This document shows, piece by piece, positions 63,638 to 64,000 of a stretch of 64,000 nt of DNA. Numbering within the stretch: position 1 is the first letter of the stretch; each line of letters starts with the position of its first letter. The stretch is from positions 1 through 64,000 of the forward strand of contig CP128816.1 in NCBI GenBank assembly GCA_051546255.1. The letters run 5' to 3'. A program made the translations under genes and the position numbers. The notes beneath the pieces were generated by a model that saw nothing but the letters and a program-made list of their open reading frames with translations, ran no database searches and was not told where the DNA came from. The stretch is from Meyerozyma guilliermondii. Taxonomy: Eukaryota.

Positions 63638-64000
63638 GTTAGATGGCCGGGGTTTGGCCTGGTACAAGGTCAGGAACAATGGCTGGTACAAGACCTCTAC
63701 AAGTGTCGGTATCGTATAAGTTGGTGCAGTGTTGAATTGTGCCAGAAACTCTTCTCAATAAACGATAGAACACAATAGAAATTCAAGTCTCGCAAGGCAG
63801 AAATTGTGGTTTTCAGGTATTCTTCAACATTTGTTCTTCACTTGTGCTTTTTTGTGTCTCGTTACCTCAGTACTGAATTCTTGTGTCTTGCTACTTTAGT
63901 CACTTATCTCGGCGCATTCGCTCCAAAACTCCGAGTTCACAACTTCGCACCATTTCTTTTTACATTATCCTGGTAGTCGTAAATTGCCATTTACGGCTTG

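Overview
Left end of a nuclear chromosome from a budding yeast that uses the alternative CUG=Ser code (CTG sits at conserved Ser positions in Rat1, the transketolase, the Zn2Cys6 factor and the adhesin repeats). It opens with about 48 copies of an 8-nt telomere repeat (GGTGTACT on the G strand). About 47 kb of subtelomeric/accessory genes follow: an F-box/LRR gene and its pseudogenised tandem copy, Atg22-like, DHA1, OPT, allantoate-family and PTR transporters, a bacterial-looking GFA gene, a 7TM paralog pair, an FMO, a SUR7/PalI-like pair, and two Hyr/Iff GPI adhesins. The adhesins flank a compact four-gene sugar/polyol cluster (sugar porter, Zn2Cys6 TF, DHAS-like transketolase, LAD-like dehydrogenase). 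From about 48.5 kb the genes are mostly housekeeping: PCC1, a MidA/NDUFAF7-type methyltransferase, a SEO1 homolog with one in-frame TGA, RAT1, a DAGK-domain gene, NUP192, tRNA-Val(AAC) and a SnoaL-like gene. Best leads: (1) the kinase-less transketolase/polyol dehydrogenase cluster with its own repeated CGG motif; (2) an intact PTR2 paralog whose ExxER-YY and TM4 Lys residues are all replaced; (3) the probably horizontally acquired GFA gene; (4) the TGA-interrupted SEO1. Family calls come from recalled motifs; no database search was run.
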